In this document: piece by piece, positions 22,155-35,370 of the stretch
How the letters are laid out: each line of letters starts with the position of its first letter
Numbering within the stretch: the stretch's first letter is position 1
Assembly (NCBI RefSeq): GCF_004010195.1
Contig: NC_057720.1
Coordinates: 10,125,163-10,168,547 of the forward strand
Source: Chiloscyllium plagiosum
Lineage: Eukaryota
Length of the DNA stretch: 43,385 bases
Reading direction: 5' to 3'
Program-made: the position numbers and the translations under genes
The notes under the pieces: generated by a model
Databases searched by the model: none
Told to the model about the DNA's origin: nothing
The model's input: only the letters and a program-made list of their open reading frames with translations

Positions 22155-23616
22155 GGCCATTCGGCCCATTGAGTCTGCTTTGTAATTTGATCAGTGGCTG
22201 ATATATTTCTCAACCCCATTTTCCGACATTCTCCCTGTGACCCCTGATCCCCTTACTAACCAAGAATCTCTCTACCCTGGTGTTAAATACATTCAAACAC
22301 TTGGCCCTGACAGCCTTCTCCATGAACACATTCTACAGATTTACCATTCCGTGGTTGAAGGAATTCCTGAAGCGGATTCTGAATGGTCATTCCCTTACTC
22401 TGAGCCTGTGTCCTTGAGTCCTAGTCTCTCCTACTGTGGAAACATCTCCTCCACGTCTCCTCTATCCAGGCCTCTCAGAATTCTTTAATTTCAATCAGAT
22501 CCCCCATTAACCTTCTAAACTCCATTGAGTACAGAGCTAAAGTCTTTGAGTGCTCCACATACAATAAACCCTCCATCCGCAGGATCATTCTTGTAAAACT
22601 CATCTGGCAATTCTCTAAGGCCAGTGGGCCCTTCCTTAAATAGGGGTCCAAAGTTGCTTACATTATATTTCAAATATGTTCTGACCAGAGCTTTATTCAG
22701 CCTCAGTAATACATTCCTAATCTTGTAGTCTGACTTCAGGGATGGAAACTGCCATCCTTATCTGGCCTGACCTACAAGTGACTCCAGACCCACAGCAGTA
22801 TGTTTGTCTTTTAATTGCCATTCCATAGTCACTCATGAGAAGGTCATAGCCAGCTGCATTCTTGAATTGCTGCAGTGTATTTGTCATTAGGGAAGGAATT
22901 TTGAGATTTCACCCAGTGACACTGAAGTAATGGAAACATATTTCCAAAGTCACGATGGTGAGTAGCTTAGAGAGGAACTTGGTGCTCCAATATATCTACT
23001 GTCCTTGTCCGTTGGGATGTAGGTTGAGGGTTGGAGGTGCTGCTATAGGATCTTTGGTGAATTTCTGCAGTGCATCTTGTAGATAGTACACACTGCGGCT
23101 ACTGAGGGTCGGATGCTTGTGGATGTGGTGCCAATCAAGCTGACTGCATTGTCCTGAATGAAATCAAGCTTCTTGAGTATTGTTGGAGCTGCACTTATCC
23201 AAGGAGGTCAGGGGATTCCATCACACTCCTGACTTGCTGCTTGTAGATGGTGGACACACTATGAGGAGTCAAGCAATGACTTACTGACTGCAGGGTTTCG
23301 AGCCACTGACTTGCTGTTGTAGCCACAGTATTTATATAGCTAGTCCAGTTCAGTGTTTGACCAGTGGTCACCCCAGGATGTTGATAGCAGGTGATTCAGT
23401 GGCTGTAATATCAAGGGGCAATGTTTAGTTCTTTCTTGTAGGAGATGGTCCTTGCCTGACATGGATGGACAAGCATTGTACACAGTTCAAAAGAGATTCA
23501 CCAGGCTGATTCCTGGGGTGAAGGGGCTGACTGATCAAGAATGGTTAAACAGGGTAGAGATCAGAAGAATGATGGGTGTGTTCTTATTGGAACATACAAC
23601 ATTCTGAGGGGTCTTG

Positions 23617-24205
23617 TCTAATGCGACTACAGCTTTAAGAGATTTGGTTTGTCCTTTTTCTTTGAAGAAAGGCTGAGACAGAGGAGCCAAGAGTCTGCTC
23701 CAGCCAATAAAGTAAACAGCTCGTGAGGCTTGAGGTTTTTTTAAAAAAGTTGGAACAACAGAATGGTTGGGGTCAAGCTTCCACAGAAAGCATTTGCCGG
23801 CTGGGTTCTTGAAGCTGGATGTTTTTCCTCTCACTATTACCGGCTAAAAGCTCAGGTTCTCTTCCTGCTGCGAGAATTGCATGCGAGACAATCTATTTTA
23901 CTAAATCTGCCTTTGCGAAGGGAGTGTTTATGGGATTTGCTATATTGGAACAATTAATTATTAGTACTTTACATTTTACGAAGTATTCAAATAAGAGATA
24001 CAGTTAAGCCAATTCTTTTCTACTGTTTTTATTGTCTGTATTTTAAATGCAGTATAAAAATGAAGTGTGGTTTGCTTAAAGTCAAATAGTTTGACCAATC
24101 AAATGGCATCTGGAACACAACACCTTACACTTCAATTAAGAAAAGGTCAGTGTCTAGGTAACCTTCTCAAAATATATTTGAGCTGGTTTAGTCCTATTTA
24201 TAATA
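23617..24205 (+). mobile_element. Solo Gypsy LTR (mirror of 5961-6548)
   Basis: 4-bp TSD CTTG at 23613-23616 and 24206-24209. Confidence 0.7.
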
Positions 24206-26920
24206 CTTGACAGAGCAGATGTTGAGAAGTTGCTTCCAGTTGTGGAACTAGGTACACATTAAAGGAACATTTATTTAAAACTGAGGTGTGAAAGAATTTC
24301 ATCTCCTAGAGGGTAGTGAATGCCTGGAATTCTGTAGCCAGAGAATTGAGGGGGCTGTATGATTGCAAGTGTTTAAAGAGGAGATATTATCAGAGGTTGT
24401 GGGCTATGAGAAGCTGGAATTAAAGAGGAGTTGATGCCAGGGTCAGAATAGCCATGATCTTGCTGAATGCTTGGTGGAAATGGTTGAGAATGGCCTACTC
24501 TTGCTCCTGTGTTTTGTCTTCTTATCTTCTCACAATGATGGTGACACCTACATCCTGTGAGAGAATACATTTTAAAGAACGGTACCATTTGTTTGTAGTC
24601 CATAAGGAAAATCCACATTTTCCAATTATGGAACAGATTATTATTTCCACAACCACATAGAAAATGAAATCATCCACTTTGGAGGATAAATGACTAATTC
24701 TTCTGTTTTAACAGCTTATTTCTTTACTAAAGAAGTCTGCAATGTGCAATATTTAACCTTATTTTGTATGTCCTATGCCATAGTAGAATTACTGCAATTT
24801 TTAACTATTAACTTGGTTCTTTCTTTCGACCTTGTTCTTACGATTCTGTACCTAGGTACTTGTACCTAAGATGGCACCTTGTGTGGCAACATTATACACT
24901 TTTCACTGTACTCCTGTACCTTTGTACATGAGGTACGTGTGAAAATAAAATCAAAATTAGATTAAATCATTGCGTGAGAGTGTAACATTGGATCTGAGGA
25001 ACGTTCCTTGCCCTTTCACAACTGGCACACTATATCATTAAATCAAGCAACTGTTTTCACTCGTGAAGGATTATAAATAAAATGCAGGCAGTAATAAAGA
25101 CGGTCAAGATTTCAGGATAAGTGTACTTACTCAAAGAATAGGGAGAATATGCAACTGTCAGGGGAATGGTTTGAGTATTAGTTTTGCACAGTAACTGAGC
25201 AATAAAACCAAAAAGCACACTGGAGAGTTCCAGACAGCACATCTAACACCAATGATAAGGAGCCTCATTAAGGTTTATCAATCTTAAAGTTAAACCCAGC
25301 AATTCAAATGTGTTACTTCCACCTTACATGTGAAACTCACCATCACTGGACTAGATGAGGTGAATTTCATTATCCATTTAAGGGGATGCTGGATAAACAA
25401 ATCGGCAAAAAAGGAATACAAGGTTATGCTAATAGGGTCAGATGAAGGAGCTTCATGTGGAGCATGAGCACAGGTATAGGGAGGTGACGTCTTAGTGATA
25501 TTGTTACCGGAATCTTAGTCTAGAGACTAAGGGAATGTTCTGGCACTTGGGTTCAAAGCTCACTACAGCCAATAGTGGAATTTGAATTCAATTTTTAAAA
25601 TTCCTGGAATTAGATGTCCAATGTCGACCCTGATTATGAAGAAAACCCATCTCATTCACTCATGCCCATTAGGGAAGGAAGCTGCCACCCACACCTGGTC
25701 TCTCCTACAGGTGATTCCAGACCCACAGCAATGTGATTGAGTCTTAACTGGCCTCTGGGTAATAAGTGCTGCCCTCGCCAGTAATGCCCACATCCTGTGA
25801 ATGAATGAATGAATAAAAAGTAGTAGACAAATGGAATCCAATTGTCTCTTTCTGTGCACTACATTCTATGCTACTGTTTTCACTGGGTCAGATTCGATAG
25901 TCAAAAACCAGGAAGGACATGATCCTATTAAAAACAATGAACTGCCCAAAAAGGTATGAGTAGTCCATGTACATATCATGGGAAAATAACCATAAATTCA
26001 TTAGTGGTCATAGGAGGACAGACCAATCTTTAGCTGATTTTGTCAAGGGTTAGAATGGCTTGAGGTTTTGTCCACACGAGGTGTACATTGCAACCCTTTA
26101 TCTCCAACTAAAATATTTCCTATAATAACTAAAGAGATAATTCTGTGAAATTAAGCTATCACCGTAGTTTCTTGCCAATTGGGATGCCCATCATGATTTC
26201 ACTCCTCATTGACACCAGGCATGATGAATAGAAAATCATGTGAAATCCCTATGAAATGGATTTTTATCCCAGTACACAAGAAAAAATGTAGGCAATCTAC
26301 TGCAAATTTCCAGTTCTTGTCCTTACTTTTAAATCCCTCCATGACCTCTAGCTCTCCTCAACTCCAGCCCTATAACAAGTCAGAATTTCAATGCTTGTCT
26401 AGGTCTGGCTTTCTGAGCATTTGAGATTTTAATCACTCCATCATTTGCAGCTATGCCTTCAGATGCCAACACCCACAAACTCTGGAATTTTCTCCCTAAG
26501 CCTCTCTGCCTGGTCATCTGTCCTCATATCTCATTTGGCTCTGTGTCATATTTGGATTAATAACATTCCTGGACAGCATCTGGAGATACCCTCCTCCACT
26601 AAAGTTGTGATTTCAAAGTATGGGGAAAGGCAGAGGCATAGTGGTTATATCACTGGACTAGCTAACAAGAACCCTGGGTAATGGCCTGATTTGACAGAGT
26701 TTCAAATCCCATTGCAGCAAATGGTGAAGTTTAAAAGAAAGATAAATCTGGAATTGAAAAGCTAGCGTAATGTCAAATATTGTTCAAAATCCATTCAGTT
26801 AACTGATATCACCCTTAGCTGGTCTGGTCTACATGTCATTTCAGAGTCACAGTTACCCTCTTACGTGGTAAACTCTTAACTGCTGTCCTAAGTTGCACCA
26901 ATAAGCCACTAAGATTAAGG

Positions 26921-27444
26921 CAGACAAGCAGGAGGCTGGAAGAATGCAACAAGCCAGGCAGCATCAGGAGGTGGAGTGAATGCGGTTGGTAGCTGGAAGG
27001 AAGGGTCAGACTGCAAATTGGAGGGAACAACAACACCTCATCTTCATGCCTGGGCAGCCTACAGCCCGGAGGACTTAACATTGAAGTCTCCAATTTAAAG
27101 TAATCTCTTTTCCCAACTGCTTACTCCCTTCCCAACCCCATCCCTCCCTCTCCCTCCCATTCCTCTGATTGACCCTTCCTTCCAGCGACCAACCGGATTC
27201 ATTCCTCCCATCGACCAACTAGGTCATACTATCTAACTATGTTCACCTATCCCCACCTCGCCATCCTGTACTCCCTCCCTCACCATCTGCAGCTCACCTT
27301 ACACTCACCCTCAGCATTAAAGAAGAGTTACACCTGAAATGTTGAGTTCTCCACCTCCTGATGCTGCCTGGCTTGCTGTGTTCTTCTAGCCTCCTGCCTG
27401 TCTACCCTGGATTCCATCATCTGCAGTTTTTTTTTGTCCCCAAA
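26921..27444 (+). mobile_element. Penelope-like element, truncated, with an inverted partial terminal repeat at its 5' end
   Basis: Degenerate GIY-YIG C-terminus (KLE.QHLIF.LGSLQPGGLNIE); 26921-26977 is inverted to 27349-27405; flanking taagattaagg / taagatcaagg repeat. Confidence 0.8.
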
Positions 27445-28121
27445 TAAGATCAAGGGGCAGGCAATAAACATTAGCCCAGCTAGCAATGTCCACATGCCAT
27501 GAATACATTTTTTAAAAATATATATATAAATACAAGTTGTTGCTCTGAATAACTACACCTTCTGTGTAGTGCACAGATGTTTTTTTTAACTTGGATGTTA
27601 GAAGAGTGAGGGGTGACCAGATTGCAGTGTATAATGTCCTGTATGTTCCTGTCAAGATGGATAAGAAATGAATGTTTCTTTTTGTGGGGGAGTCCAGAAA
27701 TGGGGGCACTGGTTTAAAATTGAGCAGTCCCTTTCAGGATCAAGGTAATGAGATTTTGATTTCTCTCTCGGTGGGTACTGTAATTTTGAAAATCTTTGTC
27801 TCAGAAGCTGGCAGAGGTGGGTCAATTGAATATCTTTGAGACTGAGTTGAATAGATTTGTGTTGGGCAGAAGTATCGAGGACTTACAGGGGAACATGGAA
27901 TTTGAAACACCAATGGTCAGACAATCTTATTGAATGTCATAGTAGTCTCAGGGGCCGAATGGCCTTCTTCTATTTGCTGTATTTGCTCGTTGGCAAATGA
28001 CAAAGAACATTTTGTTGGAACACATCTGACCTTATGAGACACAATTTCCCTCACACAAAACCATATTAACTATCCCTAATCATTCCTTGCCTCTCCAAAT
28101 TCATATCAAACCCCTCTTTCA

Positions 28122-29473
28122 GAATCATAGAACATAGACCATAGAACAATACAGCACAGAGCAGGCCCTTCGGTCCACGATGTTGTGCCGAACATTTGTC
28201 CGAGCTTAAGCACCCATCCATGTACCTATCCAATTGCCGCTTAAAGGTCACCAAAGATTCTGACTCTACTACTCCCAAAGGCAGTGCATTCCATGCCCTC
28301 ACCACTCTCTCGGTAAAGAACCCACCCCTGACATCTCCCCTATACCTTCCACCCTTCACCTTAAATTTATGTCCCCTTGTAGCACTCTCTTGTACCCGGG
28401 GAAAACGTTTCTGACTGTCTACTCTATCTAGTCCTCTGATCATCTTATACACCTCTATCAAGTCACCCCTCATCCTTCGCCGTTCCAATGAGAAAAGGCC
28501 TAGCACTCTCAACCTATCCTCGTACGACCTATTCTCCATTCCAGGCAACATCCTGGTAAATCTTCTCTGCACCCTCTCCAAAGCTTCCACATCTTTCCTG
28601 AAGTGAGGCGACCAGAACTGCACACAGTACACCAAATGTGGCCTAACCAANNNNNNNNNNNNNNNNNNNNNNNNNNNNNNNNNNNNNNNNNNNNNNNNNN
28701 NNNNNNNNNNNNNNNNNNNNNNNNNNNNNNNNNNNNNNNNNNNNNNNNNNNNNNNNNNNNNNNNNNNNNNNNNNNNNNNNNNNNNNNNNNNNNNNNNNNN
28801 NNNNNNNNNNNNNNNNNNNNNNNNNNNNNNNNNNNNNNNNNNNNNNNNNNNNNNNNNNNNNNNNNNNNNNNNNNNNNNNNNNNNNNNNNNNNNNNNNNNN
28901 NNNNNNNNNNNNNNNNNNNNNNNNNNNNNNNNNNNNNNNNNNNNNNNNNNNNNNNNNNNNNNNNNNNNNNNNNNNNNNNNNNNNNNNNNNNNNNNNNNNN
29001 NNNNNNNNNNNNNNNNNNNNNNNNNNNNNNNNNNNNNNNNNNNNNNNNNNNNNNNNNNNNNNNNNNNNNNNNNNNNNNNNNNNNNNNNNNNNNNNNNNNN
29101 NNNNNNNNNNNNNNNNNNNNNNNNNNNNNNNNNNNNNNNNNNNNNNNNNNNNNNNNNNNNNNNNNNNNNNNNNNNNNNNNNNNNNNNNNNNNNNNNNNNN
29201 NNNNNNNNNNNNNNNNNNNNNNNNNNNNNNNNNCTTTCCATTACTTTACCTACCACTGAAGTAAGACTAACTGGCCTGTAATTCCCAGGGTTATCCCTAT
29301 TCCCTTTTTTGAACAGGGGCACAACATTCGCCACTCTCCAGTCCCCTGGTACCACCCCCGTTGACAGTGAAGATGAAAAGATCATTGCCAATGGTACTGC
29401 AATTTCCTCTCTTGTTTCCCACATAATCCTAGGATATATCCCATCAGGCCCGGGGGACTTGTCTATCCTCAAG
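28122..29473 (-). mobile_element. Young CR1 LINE, 5'-truncated, spanning the assembly gap
   Basis: DKSPGPDGIYPR...PGNYRPVSLTSVVGK before the gap; LVRPHL.YCVQFWSP...RGDLIEVYK after it; (atagaac)n tail. Confidence 0.9.
28651..29233. other. Assembly gap (583 N)
   Basis: Run of n. Confidence 1.
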
Positions 29474-29510
29474 TGATAGACAAGTCCCCTGGGGGACTTG
29501 TCTATCACTT
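29471..29510. repeat. Perfect palindrome, 19-bp arms with a 2-nt centre, at a CR1 5' junction
   Basis: aagtgatagacaagtcccc-tg-ggggacttgtctatcactt. Confidence 0.95.
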
Positions 29511-29600
29511 CCAAAAACGTGCCCACCACTGAACTCAGACTCACATGTCTGTAGTTCCCAGGCTTCTCCTTATGTCCCTTCTTAAACAGAAGCACAACAC

Positions 29601-29905
29601 AGGCACGGTGGCTCAGTGGTTAGCAATGCTGTCTTACAGACCCGGGTTCAATTCCAGCCTCGCACGACTGTGTGTGTGGAGTTTGCACACTCTCCCTATG
29701 TCTGTGTGGGTTTGCTCCAGGTGGTCTGCTTTCCTCCCACAATCCAAGAATGTGCAGGTTAGGTGAATTGGCCATACTAAGTTGCCCTTAGTGTTCAGGG
29801 ATGTGTAGGTGAGGAATGGATCTGAGTGGGTTACTCTTCGGAGGGTCACTGTGGACTTGTTGGGCTGACGTTCCTGTTTCCACACTGTGGGGATTCTTTG
29901 ACTCT
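29601..29905 (+). mobile_element. HE1-like SINE
   Basis: ggcacggtggctcagtggttagc, ggttcaattcc, typical body and tail. Confidence 0.88.
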
Positions 29906-30295
29906 ATTAGTAACTCTCCAGTCATCTGACACCTCACCAGTGGTAATAGATTATACTAATATTTTTCCAAAGGGGCCTTGCAATTTCCTTCCTAACTTCT
30001 TACAATGTCCTGGGTTCCACTAGGTCAGGTGCAATAGATTTATACACCTTTATATTTTCTGAGAGCTCCAAAACTTCCTCTTCTGTAACACAAACTGTTT
30101 TCAAAGCATCATTTTTTTTTGTCTGAGTTCTGTAGCCTCCATTTCATTCTCCACAGTAAAAACTGATGCAAAATACTCACTCAATATCTCTCCCATCTCC
30201 TGAGGTACAAACGAAGATGACCTCTTGGATGTTTAAAGGGCCCCTCACTCTCTCTAGTTTCTTTCTTGCTCTTAATGTATTTGTTGAATCTCTTT

Positions 30296-31392
30296 AGACA
30301 AGAGACAATAGGTGCAGGAGTAGGCTAGTCTGCCCTTCGAGCCAGCACCACCATTCATTATGATCATAGCTGATCATCCTCAATCAGTATCCTGTTCCTG
30401 CCTTATCCCTATAACCCTTGATTCCACTATCCTTGAGAGCTCTATCCAACTCTTTCTTGAAATTATCCAGAGACTTGGCCTCCACAGCCTTCTGAGGCAG
30501 AGCATTCCACACACTCACACTCTCTGGGTGAAGAGGTTTTTCCTCAACTCTGTTCTAAGTGGCCTACCCCTTATTTTTAAGCTGTGTCCTCTGGTCTGGG
30601 GCTCACCCTTCAGCAGAAACATGCTTCCTGCCTCCAGAGTGTCCAATCCTTTAATAATCTTATACATCTCAATCAGATCCCCTCTCAGTCTTCTAAACTC
30701 AAGGGTATACAAGCCCAGTTGCTCCAATCTTTCAACGTAAGATAGTCCCGCCATTCCGGGAATTGATCTCGTGAACCTACGCTGCACTCCCTCAATAGTC
30801 AGAATGTCTTTCCTCAAACTTGGAAACTAAAACTGCGCACAATATTCCAGGTGTGGTCTCAGCAGGGCCCTGTACAGCTGCAGAAGGATCTCTTTGCTTC
30901 TATACTCAATGCCTCTTGTTATGAAGGCCAGCATGCTATTAGCTTTCTTCACTGCCTGCTGTACCTGCATGCTTGCTTTCATTGACTGATGTACAAGAAC
31001 ACCTAGATCTTGTTGTACTGCCCCTTTACCTAACTTGACTCCAGTTAGGTAGTAATCTGCCTTCCTGTTCTTGCCACCAAAGTGGATAACCACACATTTA
31101 TCCGCATTAAACTGCATCTGCCATGCACCTGTCCACTCACCTACCCTGTCCAGGTCACCTTGTAATCTCCTAACATCGTCCTCACATTTCACCCTACCAC
31201 CCAGCTTTGTATCATCAGCAAATTTGCTAATATTACTTTTAATACCATCATCTATATCATTAATGTATATTGTAAAAAGCTGCGGTCCCAGCACTGATCC
31301 CTGCCGTACCCCACTGGTCACCACCTGCCATTCCAAAAGGGAGCCATTTATCACTACCCTTTGTTTCCTGTCAGCCAACCAATTTTCAATCT
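30296..31392 (-). mobile_element. CR1 LINE 3' fragment (distinct subfamily)
   Basis: SGV.QGSVLGPQLFTIYIND, FADDTKLGG, RLRGDLIE. Confidence 0.92.
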
Positions 31393-31463
31393 GGATTATT
31401 TTTTACTTTACCTGCCAAAGCTATCTCATATCTTCTCTTAACTTTCTTGATCTCCTTCTTAAG

Positions 31464-34085
31464 AATAGAACATAGAACAATATAGCGCAGAACCGTCCCT
31501 TCAGCCTTCAATGTTGTGCTGATCTGTGAACTAATCTAAGCCCTTCCCTCTACACTATCCCATCATCATCCATGTGCTTATCCAAGGATTGTTTAAATCT
31601 TACTAATGTGGCTGAGTTAACTATATTGGCAGGCAGGGCATTCCATGCCCTTGCCACTCTGAGTAAAGAACCTGCTTCTGACATCTGTCCATCACTCCTC
31701 AATTTGTAGCTGTGCTCCCTCGTACAAGCTGACGTCATCTTCCTAGGCAAAAGACTTTCACTGTCTACCCAATCTAATCCTCTGATCATCATGTATGTCT
31801 CTATCAAATCCCCTCTTAGCCTTCTTCTTTCCAATGAGAACAGATCCAAGTCTCTCAGCCTTTTCTCATAAGACCTTCCCTCCAGACCAGGCAACATCCT
31901 GGTAAATCTCCTCTGTACTTTTTCCAATGCTTCCACATCTTTCCTGTAATGGGGCAACCAGAACTGTCCACAGTATTCCAAGTGCAGTCGCACTAGCATT
32001 TTGTACAGTTGCAGCATGACATTACGGCTCCGGAACTCAATCCCTCTACCAATAAAACCTAACACACCGTATTCCTTCTTAACAGCAATATCAACCTGGG
32101 TGGCAACTTTCGGAGATCTATGTACATGGACTCCAAGATCCCTTTGCACATCCACACTACCAGGAATCTTTCCATTGACCCAGTACTCTGCCTTCCCGTT
32201 ATTCTTCCTGAAGTGAATCACCTCACATTTATCTGCATTGAACTCCATTTGCCACCTCTCAACCCAATTCTGCAGTTTATCCAAGTCCCCTAGCAACTGC
32301 AACATTCTTCCACACTGTCCATACTCCATGACGTTAGTGTCATCTGCAAACTTACTAACCCATCCACCTATGCCTGTGTCTAAGTCATTTATAAAAATGA
32401 CAAACAGCAGTGGCCCAAAAACAGATCTGTGTTGCACACCACTAGTAACCGGACTCCAGGTTGAATACTAAACCACCACTCACTGCCTTCTTACAGAAAG
32501 CCAGTTTCTAATCAAAACTGCTAAATCACCCTTAAACCCATGCCTCTGCATTGTCACCACAAGCCTACCATGTAGAACCTTATCAAAGGCCTTACTGAAG
32601 TCCATGTGCACCATGTCAACTGCCCTACCCTTGTCTACATGCTTGGTCACCTTCTGAAAAAACTCAATGAGGCTTGTGAGACATGACCTGCCCTTGACGA
32701 AACCATGTTGACTATCTGCAATCAAAATTATATATCCAATCTCTCATAATCCTTCCCAAAACTTTTCCTACAACAGATGTAAGGCTGACTGGTCTATAAT
32801 TACCTCGGTCATCTCTACTGCCCTTCTTGAACAAGGGTACAACATTTGCAATCCTTCAGTCCACTGGTACTAAACCTGTAGACAATGACGACTCAAAGAT
32901 CAAAGCCAAAGGCTCCAACACCTCCTGCCTACCTTCCCAGAGAATCCTCAGATAAATCCCATCTGGCCAAGGGGACTTGTCTACTTTCACTCCTTCTAGA
33001 ATTGATAATACTTCTTCGTAACTAACCTCGATCCTTTCATGTCTAATATCTCAACTACACTAGATTACTTACAGTGTGGAAACAGGCCCTTCGGCCCAAC
33101 AAGTCCACATCGACCCTCCGAAGAGCAACCCGCCCAGACCCATTCCCCTACATTTACCCCTTCACCTAACACTATGGGCAATTTAGCATGGTTAATTCAC
33201 CTAACCTGCACATTTTTGGACTGTGGGAGGAAACCAGAGCACCCAGAGGAAACCCACGCAGACACGGGGAAAATGTGCAAACTCCACACAGAGAGTCTGT
33301 CCTGAGGCGGGAATTGAACCCGGGTCTCTGGCGCTGTGAGGCAGCAGTGCTAATCACTGCGCCATCATGCCGCCCATTTTTTTTTTCCATCCCAGCTGAT
33401 CATCAACAATCCCCTTGTTTGCTTCTTTCTCTCTAGTATCTCATTCTTTTCCTCTACAATATTCTCCTTTTCCTGAGTGAAAACTGATGAGAAATATTCA
33501 TTTAGCACATTTCCAATCTCCACAGGATCCACATACAACTTCCCACTTCTGTCTTTGACTGGCCTATTCCTACCCTAGTCATCCTTTTATTCCTCACATA
33601 TATACAGAAAGCTCTAGGGTTCTCCTTTATTCTACCTGCTAAAGACTGCTCATGTCCTCTCTTTGCTCTTCTTAACTCTCTCTTTAAATCCTTCCTAGCT
33701 AATCTGTAACTCTCCATCGCCTCATCTGAACCATCTTGTTTCATCATCACATAAGCATCCTCCTTCCGCTTTACAAGAGATGCAATTACTGTCGTAAACC
33801 ACAGTTCCCTTACCTTATCACTTCCTCCCTGCCTGACAGGGATATACCTATCAAGGATATGCAACATCTGTTCCTTAAACCAGCTCCACATTTCGATTGT
33901 CCCCATCCCCTGCATTTTACTACCGATTCTATGCATCCTAAGTCTTGACTACTCGCATTATAATTGCCCTTTCCCCATCAATGACTCTTGCCCTGTGGCA
34001 TGTACCTATCCACTTCCATTGCTAAACTAAACACAACTGAATTATGGTCACTTTTTCCAAAGTGCTCACCTACCACTAAATCAAA
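31464..34085 (-). mobile_element. CR1 LINE, 5'-truncated and decayed
   Basis: QHGFVKGRSCLT, DFSKAFDKV, FADDT, RLRGDLIETY; (atagaac) tail. Confidence 0.92.
33059..33375 (-). mobile_element. HE1-like SINE nested in CR1
   Basis: Full head, body and tail; same subfamily as 4475-4655. Confidence 0.9.
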
Positions 34086-34352
34086 TTATTCCACACTCTT
34101 TGTATTATTCAATAGATTCATTTGAACCCAATTGTCTATATCTAATATGTGATTCTCTTTTACTCTTGACCAAAACTTGTATATCTGTATTCATCCATTG
34201 TACTGTAAACCGAGCAGTCTTACTTTTACTCTAATAGGAATATAATGAATATAAAAACTTTAATTTTTATGGAAGGCTTATGCTTTCCAGTAACTATTTT
34301 AAAATGAATAGAATTATGATCACTATACCCAAAATGTACCTCTACTATTTGT

Positions 34353-34675
34353 AGGCAGTCATGGTGGCCCAGTGGTTAGCACTGCTGCCCCACAGTGACT
34401 GTCTGTGTGGAGTTTTCATGTTCACCCCATGTCTGTGTGGATTTCCTCCGGGTCCTCTGGTTTCCTCCCACAGTCCAAAGATGCACTGGTTAGGTTGATC
34501 AGCCTGTGTTGAATTGCCCAGAAGTGTCCAGGGATGTGCAGGCTGAGTAGATTAGCCATGGGAAATGCAACGCTACAGGGATAGGATGGGGCAAGGGTCA
34601 GTGTGGGATACTCTTTAGAGAGTCATTGTGAACTCAATGGGTTGAATGGCTGCACATTGTAGGGATTCGATGATT
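34353..34675 (+). mobile_element. Old HE1-like SINE
   Basis: catggtggcccagtggttagcactgctgcc...gtagggattcga; B-box region deleted. Confidence 0.82.
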
Positions 34676-34892
34676 CTTATCAGTTCAGTCACTTGCCCTG
34701 TTTTACACTCAAAGAGAAGGTCACATTTTGCTTCTTCTTGAGATAGAACATTTAAAAATTAATCAAGAAAATTTTCTTGAACACATAATAAATTCTTCAC
34801 CAGCCAAACACAATGGTAGACCCAGTCAATGTTTGGAAAATTAAAATCACCTACAATTACAATCTTATTATTCTTAAATATATCTGAGATAT

Positions 34893-35188
34893 ATGCATGG
34901 TGGTTCAGTGGTTAGCACTACTGCCTCACAGCGCCAGGGACCTGGGTTTTATTCCAACCTCGGGTGACTGTCTATGTGGCACTTGCACATTCTCCCTGTG
35001 TCTGCCTCGAGGTGTTCCAGTTTCCTCCCACAGTCCAAAGATGTGCAGTTCAGGTGAATTGGCCATGCTAAATTGCCCATAGTGTTAGGTGCACTAGTCA
35101 GGCATAAATATAGGGTAGGGGAATAGGTATGGGTGAATGTGGACTTGTTGGGCTGAAGGGCCTGTTTCCATACTGTAAGGAATCTAAT
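34893..35188 (+). mobile_element. HE1-like SINE
   Basis: gcatggtggttcagtggttagcact...ggaatctaatc tail. Confidence 0.85.
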
Positions 35189-35370
35189 CCTTTCTGTATA
35201 TTTGTTCTTCAATTTCCATCTGACTATTGAAGGGCCTAGAATACAAGCCCATCAAGATGATCATTTCTTTCTTATTTCTAACTACAACCCATATATGTTC
35301 ACTGGGCAATCTTTCAGAAATATCTTTTCTGGTATCAGCAGTAATGCTTTCCTTAATCAAAAATGCCACT

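Larger units (their letters stand above)
16158..26812 (+). repeat. Right arm of the large inverted segmental duplication
   Basis: Collinear reverse complement of 2011-11588 apart from arm-specific insertions and deletions. Confidence 0.95.

Noticed and set aside
28066..29595. 509-aa ORF (and the 218-aa ORF 28603-29259)
   Set aside because: Artefacts of translating through Ns and across junctions of two different CR1 copies.
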